Below are positions 28,031 through 38,390 of a stretch of DNA of 64,000 nucleotides, in pieces. The stretch's first letter is position 1, and each line of letters starts with the position of its first letter. The notes below the pieces were generated by a model. That model worked only from the letters and a program-made list of their open reading frames with translations. It was not told the origin of the DNA and made no database searches. This DNA comes from Bacteroidota bacterium (GTDB lineage: Bacteria; Bacteroidota; Bacteroidia; Bacteroidales; FEN-979): NCBI GenBank assembly GCA_026391835.1, contig JAPLDF010000042.1:552-64551 (forward strand), written 5' to 3'. The position numbers were made by a program, and so were the translations under genes.

Positions 28031-28594
28031 CTAAACAGTCATGATGTCTTTCTCTTTTATGTCGAAGATCTTATCGACTCTGGAGATATGTTCATCAGTG
28101 ACTTTCTGTATATCGATTTCAAGTTTGTCAACTTCATCTTCGGGAACGCCGTCCTTTTTAAGCTTTTTTGCTGTTTCATTGGCCAGCCGGCGAATATTCC
28201 TGATACTGATCTTCGCGTTTTCAGATTCAGCTTTTGCTTTTTTAACCAGGTCGCGACGACGTTCCTCTGTTAATGGAGGAACGGCTATCCTTAATATTTC
28301 TCCTTCATTTTTAGGATTGAACCCCAGGTTTGCAGCCTGAATTGCCTTGTCTATGAGGCCGAGTACGCTTTTGTCCCATGGCTGGACGATGATCTGCCGG
28401 CCATCAGGGGTGCTGATATTGGCTGCCTGATCAATGGGTGTCATGGCACCATAATAATCAATTCTTACACCATCGAGCATCTGCACACTGGCTTTACCGG
28501 CCCGTAACTTTTGCAATTCCTTTTCGAGATGCAGGACAGCCATCTGCATTCCCTCACTCGCCTCAGCGAGTGTAAATTCTATCTCATCGTTCAT
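28031..28594 (-). CDS. frr: Ribosome recycling factor
   Basis: 187 aa. LRAGKASVQMLDGVRIDYYG…PPLTEERRRDLVK is a typical Frr sequence. Confidence 0.95.
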   Translation of the reverse strand: MNDEIEFTLAEASEGMQMAVLHLEKELQKLRAGKASVQMLDGVRIDYYGAMTPIDQAANISTPDGRQIIVQPWDKSVLGLIDKAIQAANLGFNPKNEGEILRIAVPPLTEERRRDLVKKAKAESENAKISIRNIRRLANETAKKLKKDGVPEDEVDKLEIDIQKVTDEHISRVDKIFDIKEKDIMTV

Positions 28595-28623
28595 ATAAAG
28601 TGAGTATTAGATTTATAAAGTCA

Positions 28624-28770
28624 AATAATGCAATCAATGCAAACAATTTAATCAATGCAAGCAATGCAAAAAACAAAACTACAAAGAAAAATTTTCAGAA
28701 TCCATACATCCTTTCATTGTTTGCATTGCATACATTCCTGCATTGCCTGCATTGTTTGCATTCCTGCATT
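28624..28770. repeat. Two opposed arrays of AATGCA-type 8-9 nt units in the pyrH-frr spacer
   Basis: Array A (28624-28668) reads aataatgca atcaatgca aacaattta atcaatgca agcaatgca on the plus strand. Array B (28715-28770) reads AATGCAGG AATGCAAAC AATGCAGGC AATGCAGG AATGTATGC AATGCAAAC on the minus strand, starting 2 nt after the pyrH stop. The two arrays share a perfect 12-nt complement, CAATGCAAACAA. Confidence 0.85.
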
Positions 28771-28772
28771 TT

Positions 28773-29480
28773 TCAGCTAACGACCGTTCCGATTGCTTCT
28801 CCCTTTATAAGTTTCAGCAGGTTGCCTTCATGGTTCATGTTAAACACCACAATCGGCATATTGTTCTCACGGCACAGCGTGAAAGCGGTCAAATCCATGA
28901 TTTTCAAACCCTTCTCATAGGCCTCATCAAAGGAAAGCGTGTCGAATTTCACTGCGGCCGGGTCTTTTTCGGGATCTGCAGTATAAACACCGTCAACCCT
29001 TGTTCCCTTAAAGATGGCATCGGCCTGGATTTCGATGGCGCGCAAGGCCGATGCGCTGTCGGTGGTAAAGTAAGGATTCCCGGTTCCGGCGGCAATTACA
29101 ACAACCTGCCCCTGCATCAGGTGGCTGATGGCTTTCCGCCTGCTCATGGCCTCACAGATTGGCTCAATGGCCAGGCCTGAGAGTAGTTTTACAGTCACCC
29201 CGGTTTTTTCAAGAGCCGCCTGGATGGCCATGCTGTTGATCACAGTGGCAAGCATGCCCATATAATCACCCTGAACACGGTCCATCCCTTCGCTTGTTCC
29301 CTGCAATCCCCTGAAAATATTTCCCCCGCCTATCACCACGGCAACCTCAACGCCTGCTTCAACCACCGATTTGATCTCTGAGGCATAAACAGCCAGGCGG
29401 ACAGGATCAATGCCATAACCCTGGCTTCCTTCGAGTGCTTCTCCTGAAAGTTTCAGAAGAATACGATTGAATTTCATCAT
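28773..29480 (-). CDS. pyrH: UMP kinase
   Basis: 235 aa. RILLKLSGEAL…VVIGGGNIFRG…TVKLLSGLA… is a typical PyrH sequence. Confidence 0.95.
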   Translation of the reverse strand: MMKFNRILLKLSGEALEGSQGYGIDPVRLAVYASEIKSVVEAGVEVAVVIGGGNIFRGLQGTSEGMDRVQGDYMGMLATVINSMAIQAALEKTGVTVKLLSGLAIEPICEAMSRRKAISHLMQGQVVVIAAGTGNPYFTTDSASALRAIEIQADAIFKGTRVDGVYTADPEKDPAAVKFDTLSFDEAYEKGLKIMDLTAFTLCRENNMPIVVFNMNHEGNLLKLIKGEAIGTVVS

Positions 29481-29500
29481 GTTAAGCGTGTTAAAAGGTT

Positions 29501-32500
29501 TTATTCATTGACCCCGTGACAATTCTTATATTTCTTCCCCGATCCGCATGGACAAGGATCATTGCGTCCCACCTTTTTTTCAACTTTCACAGGCTGAGCG
29601 ACGGCCTTTTCCTGCGTATTCGCATTTGATTGCGACAACAGGTCGGAACGCTCTTCACGCATGCGGGCGCGATCCATTTTCCTCGGGGCCTGCGCCTCCT
29701 TGACATTTTCAACCTGGATCGGCACGTCAGCCTTGATCAGGAAGGAAGTTATCTCCTTGTTGGTGCGCTGGACCATGCTTTTAAACAGTTCAAAGGATTC
29801 AAACTTATAGATGAGCAAAGGATCCTTTTGTTCATAAGCGGCATTCTGAACAGATTGTTTCAAATCGTCCATTTCGCGCAGGTGCTCTTTCCAGGCATTG
29901 TCAATCATGCCAAGCACAATTCCTTTTTCAATGCTGAGCACCACCTCCTTACCCTTGTCTTCATAGGCCTTTTTCAGGTTTGCCACGGCCTGCATGGTTT
30001 TCAGTCCATCGGTAACAGGTATGGCAATATTTTCGTACCTGGTGTCATTCTCATAAACATCCTTGATAACAGGGTAGGTCTTTTGGGCGATGTGGTCGCA
30101 TTTGGACTTATAGCGCTTATAAATGTAATTGTATAGCTTGTCACCCAGGTCATCGGTGTTCAGGTTCCCGAAATCTGCTTCCGAGATTGGTGAATCTGCA
30201 GCGAATTCCTTGAGCAGGTCGAGGTTGAAACTATGGAAGTCGCGTTTTTCCTGGGCATCCATGACAATGGTTTCGCACACATCATAGATCATGTTCGAAA
30301 TATCCACGGCAAGCCGGTCCCCGAACAGGGCATGGTGACGTTTCTTGTAGATGGCTTCACGCTGGATATTCATCACATCGTCGTATTCGAGCAACCGCTT
30401 CCGGACGCCAAAGTTGTTCTCTTCAACTTTTTTCTGGGCACGTTCTATTGAGTTGGTGATCATCGAATGCTGGATGACCTCCCCGTCTTTGATCCCCATG
30501 CGGTCCATGATTTTTGCGATCCGGTCGGACCCGAACATACGCATCAGGTCGTCATCAAGCGAAACGAAGAACTGGGAACTGCCCGGGTCTCCCTGCCGCC
30601 CTGCACGGCCGCGCAACTGGCGGTCGACGCGTCGTGACTCATGCCGCTCGGTACCGATAATTGCCAGGCCGCCTGCCTGTTTCACACCCGGGCCAAGTTT
30701 GATGTCTGTACCACGGCCAGCCATGTTGGTGGCAATGGTAACCGTACCTGCACGGCCGGCTTCGGCAACAATTTCCGCTTCACGCGCATGCAGTTTTGCA
30801 TTCAGAACATTGTGGGCAATATTTTTCCGCTTCAGCATCCTGCTGAGCAATTCCGAAGTTTCCACCGAAGTGGTACCGACCAGGCTCGGTCGCCCTTCTT
30901 TGACAAGTTTCTCAATTTCGTCAATAACTGCATTGAATTTTTCCCGTTTCGTCTTGTATACAAGGTCTTCACGGTCATCACGAACAATTTTCTTGTTGGT
31001 TGGAATAACCACCACATCCAGTTTATAGATATCCCATAATTCGCCGGCTTCTGTTTCGGCAGTACCTGTCATACCCGACAGTTTCTTGTACATCCGGAAA
31101 TAGTTCTGCAGGGTAACCGTGGCATAGGTCTGGGTGGCTGCCTCAATCTTCACATTTTCCTTGGCTTCAATCGCCTGGTGAAGTCCGTCGGAATAACGAC
31201 GGCCTTCAAGGATACGGCCGGTTTGTTCGTCAACGATCTTTACCTTGTTGTCCATCACCACGTATTCAACATCCTTTTCAAACAGGGCATACGCTTTGAT
31301 AAGCTGGTTTACCGTATGAACGCGTTCTGTTTTGATGGAATAATCGAGCATCATGGCATCCTTCTTTTCGAGTTTTTCAAGCTCGGACAGATTCCCTCGT
31401 TCAAGTTCTGCGATCAGGAGGCCGATGTCGGGTAAAATATAAAAGCCGGGATCTTCATACGACTGGGTAAGCAGATCGATGCCCAGGTCACGCAATTCAA
31501 TGGTATTGTTTTTCTCATCGATTACGAAATAAAGCTGATCATCGATGAGGTGCATATTTTTCATCTGCTCGGCCATGTAAAAGTTCTCGGTTTTGAGCAG
31601 CAGTGCCTTCATCCCCGGTTCGCTGAGGAATTTAATCAGCGCCTTGTTTTTGGGTAATCCATGATGAGCACGCAGCAGTTGTTCGCCTGCCTTTTTCACA
31701 TTCTCATCATTCTTGGGATCTTCAGAAAGTGCCTTTGCGTCAGCAAGCAACTTGGTTACAAGGTTTCGCTGGGCATTGTAGAGTTTTGTGACATTGGACT
31801 TGAGGTCATCGAACAGCTGGTTTTCGCCCTTGGGTGTGGGGCCTGAGATAATCAGAGGCGTACGGGCATCGTCAATCAATACCGAGTCGACTTCATCCAC
31901 AATGGCATAGTTGTGCGGACGCTGTACCAGTTCCTCGGGATTGCTGGTCATGTTGTCGCGCAGGTAATCGAAACCAAATTCATTGTTGGTTCCATAGGTA
32001 ATATCGGCCAGGTAGGCATCACGGCGGGCCTGTGAATTGGGTTCATGCCGGTCGATGCAATCCACTTTCAACCCATGGAATTCAAACAGGGGCCCCATCC
32101 ATTCAGAGTCACGCTTTGCAAGGTAATCGTTGACTGTAACAATATGAACCCCTTTGCCTGGCAATGCATTGAGATACATCGGGAGGGTGGCAACCAATGT
32201 TTTTCCTTCACCGGTGGCCATTTCCGCAATTTTGCCTTCATGCAGCACCACCCCGCCGATCAGCTGGCAGTCATAGTGCACCATGTCCCAGGTGATCATG
32301 TTGCCGCCTGCCATCCAGCTGTTGCGAAACCTGGCTGTTTCACCATCAATTTCAACGCTGGCTTTCCTTGCAGCAAGATCCCGGTCCGACTGTGTGGCAG
32401 TTACCTCCACAAATTCGTTTTCGAAAAACCTCCTTGCGGTATCCTTCATCACGGCAAATGCTTCGGGAAGGATTTCATGGAGGATCTCCTGTGTCAGTTC

Positions 32501-32788
32501 ATAAGACTCTTTTTCAAGCCGGTCAAGAACCCCGTACAGTTTTTCTTTTTCATCAATCTCGATTTCGTCGGAGTTGAGTTGCTGCCTGAGCTCTTCAATC
32601 TCCTGTTCCTTACCCGAAAGGTGCTCTTTTATCCTGTGCTTAAAGGCATGGGTGTATGCACGAAGCTCATCGTTCGACACGTTTTTAATCACATTCCAGG
32701 CTTCAATGGCCTTGTCGACCATCGGATTGATACTCTTTATGTCCCGCTGAGACTTGTTTCCCAGCATTTTCTTAAAAAAATCTAACAT
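29501..32788 (-). CDS. secA: Preprotein translocase ATPase SecA
   Basis: 1,095 aa. Contains [14 protein letters not shown] and [19 protein letters not shown], with a C-terminal zinc motif [14 protein letters not shown]. Confidence 0.97.
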   Translation of the reverse strand: MLDFFKKMLGNKSQRDIKSINPMVDKAIEAWNVIKNVSNDELRAYTHAFKHRIKEHLSGKEQEIEELRQQLNSDEIEIDEKEKLYGVLDRLEKESYELTQEILHEILPEAFAVMKDTARRFFENEFVEVTATQSDRDLAARKASVEIDGETARFRNSWMAGGNMITWDMVHYDCQLIGGVVLHEGKIAEMATGEGKTLVATLPMYLNALPGKGVHIVTVNDYLAKRDSEWMGPLFEFHGLKVDCIDRHEPNSQARRDAYLADITYGTNNEFGFDYLRDNMTSNPEELVQRPHNYAIVDEVDSVLIDDARTPLIISGPTPKGENQLFDDLKSNVTKLYNAQRNLVTKLLADAKALSEDPKNDENVKKAGEQLLRAHHGLPKNKALIKFLSEPGMKALLLKTENFYMAEQMKNMHLIDDQLYFVIDEKNNTIELRDLGIDLLTQSYEDPGFYILPDIGLLIAELERGNLSELEKLEKKDAMMLDYSIKTERVHTVNQLIKAYALFEKDVEYVVMDNKVKIVDEQTGRILEGRRYSDGLHQAIEAKENVKIEAATQTYATVTLQNYFRMYKKLSGMTGTAETEAGELWDIYKLDVVVIPTNKKIVRDDREDLVYKTKREKFNAVIDEIEKLVKEGRPSLVGTTSVETSELLSRMLKRKNIAHNVLNAKLHAREAEIVAEAGRAGTVTIATNMAGRGTDIKLGPGVKQAGGLAIIGTERHESRRVDRQLRGRAGRQGDPGSSQFFVSLDDDLMRMFGSDRIAKIMDRMGIKDGEVIQHSMITNSIERAQKKVEENNFGVRKRLLEYDDVMNIQREAIYKKRHHALFGDRLAVDISNMIYDVCETIVMDAQEKRDFHSFNLDLLKEFAADSPISEADFGNLNTDDLGDKLYNYIYKRYKSKCDHIAQKTYPVIKDVYENDTRYENIAIPVTDGLKTMQAVANLKKAYEDKGKEVVLSIEKGIVLGMIDNAWKEHLREMDDLKQSVQNAAYEQKDPLLIYKFESFELFKSMVQRTNKEITSFLIKADVPIQVENVKEAQAPRKMDRARMREERSDLLSQSNANTQEKAVAQPVKVEKKVGRNDPCPCGSGKKYKNCHGVNE

Positions 32789-32797
32789 GATTTTGGC

Positions 32798-34192
32798 TTA
32801 TTGCTGCAATATTTTTTGTAAATCGTTTTCCAATCCGGTGCTTGGTTGTTCTGCCGGATATTTATAAATTTTCCCCTCCCTGTCGATCAGCACAAACAGG
32901 GGATAGGTATGTACATCATAATCTTTCAACACTTCCCACTGATCCCCGATGTTTAAAAAAGTCCACACATAATCTTTCTTCAGGTTGATGAAATAAAGCA
33001 TTTTACTAAAGTATTTATCAGCGGAAATACTGACAAAATGAACATTTTCCCGGTACTTGTCATACAACGGCCTGATCAGGTCCATTTCCGAAAGGCAGCC
33101 TTCGCAATAGGTGGTCCAGAAACACAACACCACCGGCTTTCCCAAAAGGCTCTTCAGCGAAAAATTCTTCTGATCCCTGCTCAGCAAGGTGAATTCAGGA
33201 GCCTTTGTCCCCGGCTTGAGTTTGGTAAGCAAACTGATCATATCTTCGGCTACCGTGCGGTTATCCGGATATTTTGTTTTATCTTTTGTTGCATTGATCA
33301 CGGCAAGAACATCATCCTGGTTGTATGCGGTTGTATTGTATAACTCCATCAAACCCTTGAGCATCACCAGCTCCCGCAATTGTTCATTTTTCAGGATGGT
33401 ATCAACCGTCATGGCCTTCATTATGGCTTTATAGGAATCCGGTCCCCTGAGAATGGAGGTAAAGTCGACTTTCCGGATTGTATTGGATGCTGCTGTTATA
33501 TATTTGGTGAAATAGCTGTTAAAAAACTCCATGTACTCCATGTTGTTGTAAAGCACAGGTTTATCATAAAAATATTTTTTTGCAAGTTGCGATTGGTTGT
33601 AATACTGTGTCATCTGCTCAAGGGAGGCAATTTTATACGCTGCATAATCAAGAAAATAGGTGTTTTTTACCGAGCCGAAATGCTGATTCATCCGGATGCG
33701 GAATGTATCGAGCAGGATCTTCTTCCGGTCATGGTAAAGGGCGTTGAAATTCTCCATCAGGAATCCGCTGTATATTGAATTGAAAGCACCGATAAGGGCA
33801 TTCAGCTCCTGGGGATCCTTATCGCCATCCTCGATCATCAGATTCTGTGACTGGATAAAGGGATTCACCTCCGTGTATTCATCATACTTCATCGGGGCAA
33901 TCCTGATATCATACGTTTTAGAGGGTTCCAGGAACATCTCCGTTTTATGGAAATCGATAGAAATAATCGCATTGACAGTCCTGTCAAGGTTAAGGGTCAG
34001 TGAAAAATGGCCGGTTGAATCAACCCGGGAGGTTGCAAGTGGTTTTTCCCAAAAAGTGATCAGGTCGCCAGGCGAAGTTATCCTTATGGTTTTTCGCTCC
34101 GCACCGGGAGCCATACCATTGACAACTGTTTTCTGGGCAACAGAAACCAAAGAAAAACATAAAACCAACATCAGCAAACCGGCAACCCTCAT
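32798..34192 (-). CDS. Secreted TlpA/ResA-like thioredoxin-fold protein with an N-terminal domain of unknown function
   Basis: Signal peptide MRVAGLLMLVLCFSLVSVAQ. The C-terminal segment APEFTLLSRDQKNFSLKSLLGKPVVLCFWTTYCEGCL has a CxxC motif in a TlpA-like context. Confidence 0.75.
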   Translation of the reverse strand: MRVAGLLMLVLCFSLVSVAQKTVVNGMAPGAERKTIRITSPGDLITFWEKPLATSRVDSTGHFSLTLNLDRTVNAIISIDFHKTEMFLEPSKTYDIRIAPMKYDEYTEVNPFIQSQNLMIEDGDKDPQELNALIGAFNSIYSGFLMENFNALYHDRKKILLDTFRIRMNQHFGSVKNTYFLDYAAYKIASLEQMTQYYNQSQLAKKYFYDKPVLYNNMEYMEFFNSYFTKYITAASNTIRKVDFTSILRGPDSYKAIMKAMTVDTILKNEQLRELVMLKGLMELYNTTAYNQDDVLAVINATKDKTKYPDNRTVAEDMISLLTKLKPGTKAPEFTLLSRDQKNFSLKSLLGKPVVLCFWTTYCEGCLSEMDLIRPLYDKYRENVHFVSISADKYFSKMLYFINLKKDYVWTFLNIGDQWEVLKDYDVHTYPLFVLIDREGKIYKYPAEQPSTGLENDLQKILQQ

Positions 34193-34210
34193 ACGTCCAT
34201 ATTTTACAGC

Positions 34211-34240
34211 AAATCGTCAATCCAAAATCGTAAATCGTAA
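34211..34240. repeat. Heptamer array (minus-strand TTACGAT type) abutting the coaD stop codon
   Basis: The minus strand reads TAG|TTACGAT TTACGAT TTTGGAT TGACGAT TT immediately after the coaD stop (34241-34243). Confidence 0.7.
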
Positions 34241-34699
34241 CTATATCAATATTCCTTCCGGCACAAACTGCCGTACATCTCCCCCGTGGCGGAGAATATC
34301 CCTGACAATTGACGAACTGACAGAGGCATATTCCTGGGCACAAAGAAAAAACACTGTCTCGACTTCAGGGTACATCATTTTATTCATTTGGCCTATCCCG
34401 CGTTCAAATTCAAAATCAGCCGATGTCCGCAATCCCCGTAAAATAAAAGTTGCTTTTTCACGGCGGCAAAAGTCAATGGTAAGCCCGGAATAGGTTGAAA
34501 TCCTAATCCTGGGATCATTTCCAAAGACCTGCTTCAGCCATCCAAGCCGGCGCTCCAGAGGAAAAAATGTTTTTTTCTCTCCATTCTCACCGATGGCAAC
34601 AATCAATTGGTCAAAAAGTGGAAGTGCCCTTTTGATGACTGATTCATGTCCCCTGGTAATTGGATCGAAAGAACCGGGGAAGACAGCAATTCTTTGCAT
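34241..34699 (-). CDS. coaD: Phosphopantetheine adenylyltransferase
   Basis: 152 aa. The N-terminus is IAVFPGSFDPITRGHESVIKRA. Confidence 0.9.
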   Translation of the reverse strand: MQRIAVFPGSFDPITRGHESVIKRALPLFDQLIVAIGENGEKKTFFPLERRLGWLKQVFGNDPRIRISTYSGLTIDFCRREKATFILRGLRTSADFEFERGIGQMNKMMYPEVETVFFLCAQEYASVSSSIVRDILRHGGDVRQFVPEGILI

Positions 34700-34719
34700 T
34701 TGTCATTCATTTGTAGCTG

Positions 34720-34727
34720 CAAAGATA
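34720..34727 (-). promoter_or_regulatory. Candidate -7 box TATCTTTG upstream of coaD
   Basis: The plus-strand caaagata is the reverse complement of TATCTTTG, about 21 nt upstream of ATG 34699. Confidence 0.4.
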
Positions 34728-34850
34728 AATAAAACAGGTGGATTAACCCGCGACTGCCATAGTTTGCAAATTTCGCACACCCTTCAGCACCGCGTCAAAC
34801 TGCCGGGGCAGGTTTGATATTGTCAACCCATTAAGATTCAAGAAATAAGA

Positions 34851-35651
34851 CTATTCAAAGGTGAATGAAACCTGGAATATTTTTGAACTCACCTTGTCAA
34901 TGGATTCTGTATAGATGTTGTTTTCACGTTTCAGCATGTTTGCAATTCCATACATCATTTTCAACTCCAGCCCGAATTTAAACCATTCATTGTAAAAATC
35001 AAACCCCACGCCCGCTTCAAGGTAAAGGTCATTTTGATTAAATTTTACAATTTTTTCATTCCTGTTTTTCTGTTCACGCTTTTTTGCCTGGGAGGCAAGG
35101 TCAAGTGAAAATTGGGCGCCTGCAAGCATATATGGTCTGAAATTGTTATACCTGACCGACTTGTACTTGATTTCCAGCGGAAAATTTATGTACGTGGATG
35201 GTATTTTTTTGTTAATTGTCATCCGTTGTATGCTATCCTTACCGCCCGTACGCAACCTGTAGGTTTCAATTTCATAGACGATGGTGCGGTCGCCAAATGA
35301 CAAGGATGGAACGAATTGCAGCTCAAAGTGTTTTCCCATACGCATATTTCCGACGATACTGATGACAAAACCCGGTATAGGCGTTGAGTTGATGGAAAGA
35401 ACTTTGGCCGAATCGGGCAGCGGCAGGATATCGGGAATGTAGGTTGAATCAAAAATATGTGTACGCAGATCCTTGATGGGCCTGATGGAAAGCAGGCTCT
35501 GGTTTACGCCCAGCACAAACCCAAAATGCAGCAGTGACTCAACGTCATAGTTGGGCTGGTTCAGCACAACCATTCGCTGGCCCTTTCCGTTAAAAGGAAG
35601 GCAAAGAGACGTAAATAGCAGGACAACGGTAATAAATCGGTCGATCTTCAA
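34851..35651 (-). CDS. porT: PorT/SprT-family outer-membrane beta-barrel protein (T9SS-associated)
   Basis: 266 aa with a signal peptide. Has an HFGFVLGVNQS motif, alternating beta-strand pattern and a C-terminal aromatic residue (SFTFE). It lies directly downstream of ubiE, as I recall for other Bacteroidota. The assignment is from memory of the family, not from a search. Confidence 0.5.
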   Translation of the reverse strand: MKIDRFITVVLLFTSLCLPFNGKGQRMVVLNQPNYDVESLLHFGFVLGVNQSLLSIRPIKDLRTHIFDSTYIPDILPLPDSAKVLSINSTPIPGFVISIVGNMRMGKHFELQFVPSLSFGDRTIVYEIETYRLRTGGKDSIQRMTINKKIPSTYINFPLEIKYKSVRYNNFRPYMLAGAQFSLDLASQAKKREQKNRNEKIVKFNQNDLYLEAGVGFDFYNEWFKFGLELKMMYGIANMLKRENNIYTESIDKVSSKIFQVSFTFE

Positions 35652-35699
35652 TGAGTCGCTGTGATGTTGATGTCAGAGATTAACGCAGGATTACAGATT

Positions 35700-36401
35700 T
35701 TATTTTTCAGCCATATAGATGGATGCGATTCCCATGCTCAGGCTTAATTGCCTGGTGTTTTTAAGTCCCACCTTCTGAAGAATGTCAAGGAAGTTTTTCC
35801 CGGAGGGGAAAGCGGCGACCGATTCCGGCAAATAGCTGTAGGCAGTGGTGTTTCCTGAAATCAGCCTGCCTGTTAGAGGAATAATATACCGTGAATATAT
35901 TGCATAGAGCTGTTTCATCGGGAATGATTCCGGGTGGGAGAATTCAAGGATCAGCATGACACCACCCGGGCGGAGTACCCGGCTCATTTCGGTCAGCCCC
36001 AATTCGAGATGCTCATAATTCCTGACGCCGAACGCAACTGTTATGGCGTCAAAAGAGTTGTCGGAGAATGGTATTTTCTCAGCATCTGCCTGCTGCAGGG
36101 TGATCAACTTGTTTAACCCCTTTTCTATTAGTTTCTGCCGGCCGATTTCAAGCATTTTCGCGGAAATGTCGATCCCTGTAATTTTTTCCGGTTTAAGTGC
36201 GGCAATTGCTATCGCGAGATCACCCGTCCCGGTTGCCACATCGAGCACAGTAACAGGCTTGCGCTGCCCAAGCAGGCTGACAAGTTTTTTACGCCATACC
36301 CGATCGATGCCAAAAGAGAGAAAATGGTTCAGGAAATCATATTTTGACGAAATATCATCAAACATAACCCGAACAACTTCCTTTTTTGAAGTTTCATCCA
36401 T
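35700..36401 (-). CDS. ubiE: Demethylmenaquinone/ubiquinone methyltransferase
   Basis: VRVMFDDISSKYDFLNHFLSFGIDRVWRKK plus the SAM motif VLDVATGTGDLA. The start is moved to the internal MDETSKKEV because the 25-codon ORF extension (to 36476) overlaps the tsf terminator. Confidence 0.85.
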   Translation of the reverse strand: MDETSKKEVVRVMFDDISSKYDFLNHFLSFGIDRVWRKKLVSLLGQRKPVTVLDVATGTGDLAIAIAALKPEKITGIDISAKMLEIGRQKLIEKGLNKLITLQQADAEKIPFSDNSFDAITVAFGVRNYEHLELGLTEMSRVLRPGGVMLILEFSHPESFPMKQLYAIYSRYIIPLTGRLISGNTTAYSYLPESVAAFPSGKNFLDILQKVGLKNTRQLSLSMGIASIYMAEK

Positions 36402-36455
36402 AACTAAAAGTTCAAATATCAACGCAGACGGCAAGATGTGACATTCACAAAAGCC

Positions 36456-36496
36456 AAAAAAAAAGGGACTATCCAAGCTACCGGATAATCCCCTTT
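36456..36496 (-). terminator. Rho-independent terminator of tsf
   Basis: The minus-strand RNA reads GGGAUUAUCC-GGUAGCUU-GGAUAGUCCC (10-bp stem, one mismatch) followed by U9. It begins about 20 nt after the tsf stop. Confidence 0.7.
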
Positions 36497-36511
36497 AAGA
36501 TTATGAAAAAA

Positions 36512-37345
36512 TTATACGCCCAGTTGCAGACGTTTGAATCCGGTTACGACAAGGTCCTTATCATTGTCAGCGATATATTGCCTGACAGTTTTCTTGGTAT
36601 CCTTGACAAAATCCTGGTTCAGCAAGGTCATTTCCTTAAAGAACTTTTGAAGTTTCCCCATGGCGATCTTTTCGACCATCTCCTCAGGTTTGCCTTCCTG
36701 GCGTGCCATATCTTTACCGATCTCTATTTCACGATCAATCACTTCCTGGGTAACATTGTCTTTGTCAACTGCAACGGGGCTCATGGCGGCAACCTGCATG
36801 GCAAGTTCGTGGCCGATTTCCATCACATTCTTCGCATCGTTTTTACTCAGGCCGATCACGGTGGCCAGGCGGTTTCCAAAATGGTTGTAAGCAAAAACAA
36901 CCGGGGCTTCGATCACTTCATAATGGGCAATCTGGATCTTTTCACCGGTTTTGCCAAGAAGTTCATTCAATTTTTCCTCGACGGTTGTTGTTCCGAGGGA
37001 CATTGGCATCAGGTCGCCGATTGAGTGAATGCGTTTTGAAAGGCCGAGATCAAGCAGGTCTTTCGAGAACTTGATAAACTCTTCTGTCTTACCTACAAAA
37101 TCAGTTTCACAATTTACCATGATCACGGCACCATAGGTTTGGTCATCAGATATTTTTGCAATAACGAATCCCTGGTTGGCATCACGATCGGCACGTTTTC
37201 CGGCCACTTTCTGGCCTTTTTTCCGAAGATAATCAATGGCTTTATCAAAATCGCCTTCCGTTTCCTGCAGGGCCTTTTTGCAATCCATCATCCCCGCGCC
37301 CGACATCTGGCGTAATTTATTAACATCAGCAGCAGTAATATTCAT
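36512..37345 (-). CDS. tsf: Elongation factor Ts
   Basis: 277 aa. ITAADVNKLRQMSGAGMMDCKKALQETEGDFDKAIDYLRKKG. Confidence 0.95.
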   Translation of the reverse strand: MNITAADVNKLRQMSGAGMMDCKKALQETEGDFDKAIDYLRKKGQKVAGKRADRDANQGFVIAKISDDQTYGAVIMVNCETDFVGKTEEFIKFSKDLLDLGLSKRIHSIGDLMPMSLGTTTVEEKLNELLGKTGEKIQIAHYEVIEAPVVFAYNHFGNRLATVIGLSKNDAKNVMEIGHELAMQVAAMSPVAVDKDNVTQEVIDREIEIGKDMARQEGKPEEMVEKIAMGKLQKFFKEMTLLNQDFVKDTKKTVRQYIADNDKDLVVTGFKRLQLGV

Positions 37346-37404
37346 ATTTAAAACTTTTTCGTTTAAAATTCAAAATGGTAAAATACCGGATTAGCGATAA
37401 AAAA

Positions 37405-37432
37405 TCGTAATTCGTAATTCGTAATTCGTAAT
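37405..37432. repeat. 4 perfect heptamers (plus tcgtaat; minus TTACGAA) abutting the rpsB stop codon
   Basis: The minus strand reads TAA|TTACGAA TTACGAA TTACGAA TTACGAT TTTTT starting at the rpsB stop (37432-37434). Confidence 0.9.
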
Positions 37433-38364
37433 TATTTCTTGTTGCTTCTCCCGGCAGGCTTGCTGATACGTTTTCTTGCCGGCTTGTTATCCTCGGGAGC
37501 GGGTTCCAAACCCTTCATTTTGGCCACCTTGGTGTCAACAAAATCCTTTTTCACGATCTTGATGCCATCTTCGTCCACTTCGTCGTCGTCGCCGTCAAGT
37601 AAATGGGATCCCATTCTGCCTTCGAGTTCGTCGCCTTCGCCACGTTCGTCGCTGGCCTCTTTTTTATCGCGGTCGAGTTTGCGTTCCATCAGGCCCTCTT
37701 CCATTGCTCTTACCATTGTATCAACAATAAGGGAAATAGATTTGGAGGCATCGTCATTTGCAGGGATTGGGAAATCAACTGTTCTGGGATCGGAGTTGGT
37801 ATCCACGATCGCAAATGTCGGGATGTTCAGTTTTTTAGCCTCTGCAAGCGCAATGTGTTCTTTGAGGATGTCAACGATAAAAATCGCAGACGGGAGCCGG
37901 TTTAAGTCGGCGATGGAACCTAAGTTCTTTTCCAGTTTGGCGCGTTCACGGGTGATGGTGAGACGTTCCTTTTTAGAAAGGTTGGTATAGGAAGGCGAAC
38001 TCATCAGTTTGTCGATGGAGATCATTTTGCGCACAGCTTTGCGGATCGTGGCAAAGTTGGTAAGCATACCTCCCGGCCAGCGCTCGGTCACGTACGGCAT
38101 GTTGATTCTCTTCACATGCTCGGCTACGATATCCTTGGCTTGTTTTTTAGTGGCAACAAAAAGTACCTTTTTCCCGGCTTTGGCAATCTGTTTCAGGGCT
38201 GCGGCGGCTTCATCCACCTTGGCCATGGTTTTGTACAGGTCAATGATATGGATCCCGTTGCGTTCCATGAAGATATAGGGAGCCATTGCTGGGTTCCATT
38301 TGCGGCGCAAGTGACCAAAATGGACACCTGCATCCAGTAATGCATCAAAATTCGTTCTTGACAT
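37432..38364 (-). CDS. rpsB: 30S ribosomal protein S2 with a long charged C-terminal extension
   Basis: 310 aa. LLDAGVHFGHLRRKWNPAMAPYIF… The C-terminal about 70 aa are acidic then basic. Confidence 0.95.
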   Translation of the reverse strand: MSRTNFDALLDAGVHFGHLRRKWNPAMAPYIFMERNGIHIIDLYKTMAKVDEAAAALKQIAKAGKKVLFVATKKQAKDIVAEHVKRINMPYVTERWPGGMLTNFATIRKAVRKMISIDKLMSSPSYTNLSKKERLTITRERAKLEKNLGSIADLNRLPSAIFIVDILKEHIALAEAKKLNIPTFAIVDTNSDPRTVDFPIPANDDASKSISLIVDTMVRAMEEGLMERKLDRDKKEASDERGEGDELEGRMGSHLLDGDDDEVDEDGIKIVKKDFVDTKVAKMKGLEPAPEDNKPARKRISKPAGRSNKK

Positions 38365-38390
38365 ATAATGATTCTAAAAATTCTAAAATA

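Noticed and set aside
29630-32785. Plus-strand ORFs of 168, 225, 132 and 246 aa.
   Set aside because: They are antisense to secA, whose identity is unambiguous.
36402-36476. The 25-codon N-terminal extension of the ubiE ORF.
   Set aside because: It overlaps the tsf terminator hairpin and U-tract. Conserved UbiE sequence begins just after the internal Met at 36401.
36503-37024. A 173-aa plus-strand ORF.
   Set aside because: It is antisense to tsf.
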